Both the position numbers and the translations under genes were made by a program. This document shows, in pieces, positions 63,075 to 64,000 of a DNA stretch of 64,000 nt. Within the stretch, counting starts at the first letter, position 1, and each line of letters starts with the position of its first letter. This stretch comes from Chloroflexota bacterium. Lineage in GTDB: Bacteria; Chloroflexota; UBA11872; VXOZ01. The stretch spans positions 576,001 to 640,000 of the forward strand of contig CAXXVD010000005.1 of NCBI GenBank assembly GCA_963662335.2, read 5' to 3'. The notes beneath the pieces were generated by a model. The model ran no database searches, had not been told where the DNA came from, and worked only from the letters and a program-made list of their open reading frames with translations.

Positions 63075-63889
63075 TAGACTTCCTCGTCGCCCCGCTCGAA
63101 TACGGCTTCATGGTGAGAGCCCTCATCGGCTCGATTCTTGTGGGCGTGATGTGTCCGCTGGTTGGCGCGTACGTCGTCACCAGGAATCTCGCCTTCATTG
63201 GCGACGCGCTCGCTCACGCGGTGCTGCCGGGCATGGTGCTCGGGTTCATCGTCGGCATCAACCCGGCCATAGCCGCCATCCCAACCGGCGTCTCCGTTGC
63301 CATTTTGGTCAGAACGGTGAGCCGGCGCGCGGGCCTCAGCACGGATACTTCCATTGGCATTCTCTTTGCGGCCATGTTTGCCCTGGGACTTGTGATGCTA
63401 GCAAGCGCCACGAACATCCGGGTGAATATGGAAGACCTGCTGCTGGGAAAAGTGCTGGCCATATCTCCGACCGACATCTATGTGTCACTTGGGATAACGG
63501 CAATTGTCATCCTGGGGCTATTCTTCCTCCACCATTGGCTGCTGTTTGCGAGTTTTGACCCCGTGGGATCGCAGGTTGTCGGTTCGCGTACTAACTTCGT
63601 CGACTACGTGTTCCTGGTTATGCTTGCCCTCGTTATCGTAATTGGGATTCAGGCGGCGGGTATTGTTCTTGTGATGGCGATGCTGGTAACGCCCGCGGCC
63701 GCGGCCTATCTGTTGGTCAGGCGTTTCGTCTCGATGATGCTGCTGGCCGCGGCGCTGGGGACCGCTTCCGCAGTGACGGGCCTCTACGTCTCCTACCACT
63801 TCAATGTGCCCGCCGCTCCCGCCATGACCCTGGTAGCAAGCGGGATATTCGCACTGGTAGCCCTATTCAGGCGCAGAGCCCTGGCCTGA
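63071..63889 (+). CDS. znuB: Metal ABC permease (ZnuB-like)
   Basis: GDALAHAVLPG, SFDP, LVTPAAAA; GTG overlapping znuC stop. Confidence 0.85.
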   Translation: MIDFLVAPLEYGFMVRALIGSILVGVMCPLVGAYVVTRNLAFIGDALAHAVLPGMVLGFIVGINPAIAAIPTGVSVAILVRTVSRRAGLSTDTSIGILFAAMFALGLVMLASATNIRVNMEDLLLGKVLAISPTDIYVSLGITAIVILGLFFLHHWLLFASFDPVGSQVVGSRTNFVDYVFLVMLALVIVIGIQAAGIVLVMAMLVTPAAAAYLLVRRFVSMMLLAAALGTASAVTGLYVSYHFNVPAAPAMTLVASGIFALVALFRRRALA

Positions 63890-63919
63890 GAGGCTCGCTC
63901 TACAAATAACTTTAGCGAG

Positions 63920-64000
63920 CCGTTCGCCCTGAGCGGCGTCGAAGGGTGAACGGCGGAGCGACCGCGTAGAAACTCTGCCCGCCTCTCTCCGTTCGTGCTG
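63920..64000. repeat. Family D repeats (second one cut by window edge)
   Basis: CCGTTCGCCCTGAGC..GTCGAAGGG and CCGTTCGTGCTG. Confidence 0.65.

Overview
GC-rich bacterial chromosome segment, most likely Chloroflexota. This is inferred from the extended GreA, the zinc-ribbon membrane protein, split transketolase, Tat-lipoprotein solute-binding proteins and TGn-extended -10 promoters. About 55 CDS plus tRNA-Leu(CAG). Housekeeping genes: thiolase/FabG-PhaB, split transketolase, acnA, greA, radC, lepB, rsmG, nagB, nfeD-SPFH, accDA. These are interleaved with an expanded oxidative catabolic set: six Gfo/Idh/MocA, two MDR dehydrogenases, two TIM-barrel isomerases, VOC, PhyH, MetE-like and orphan SBPs. 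The right end is a metal-uptake block: a SAM methyltransferase divergent from a NikA/CntA-like ABC operon, then znuACB. Both operons carry the same 72-bp promoter/operator cassette with a Fur/Zur-type box. Intergenic DNA is crowded with about seven short palindromic repeat families (GTAG-REPs, dRS3-like and others), composite REPIN-like units, nested MITEs and a 184-bp tandem array; no transposase or CRISPR array is present. Main oddities: the co-regulated putative metallophore module, an integrase-N-domain/GreA fusion right after the tRNA, REPs translated in frame inside an HMA protein, an MMPL-LysM fusion, an ACG start in lepB and a frameshifted aminotransferase. All calls are from motif reading by eye; no database search was run.
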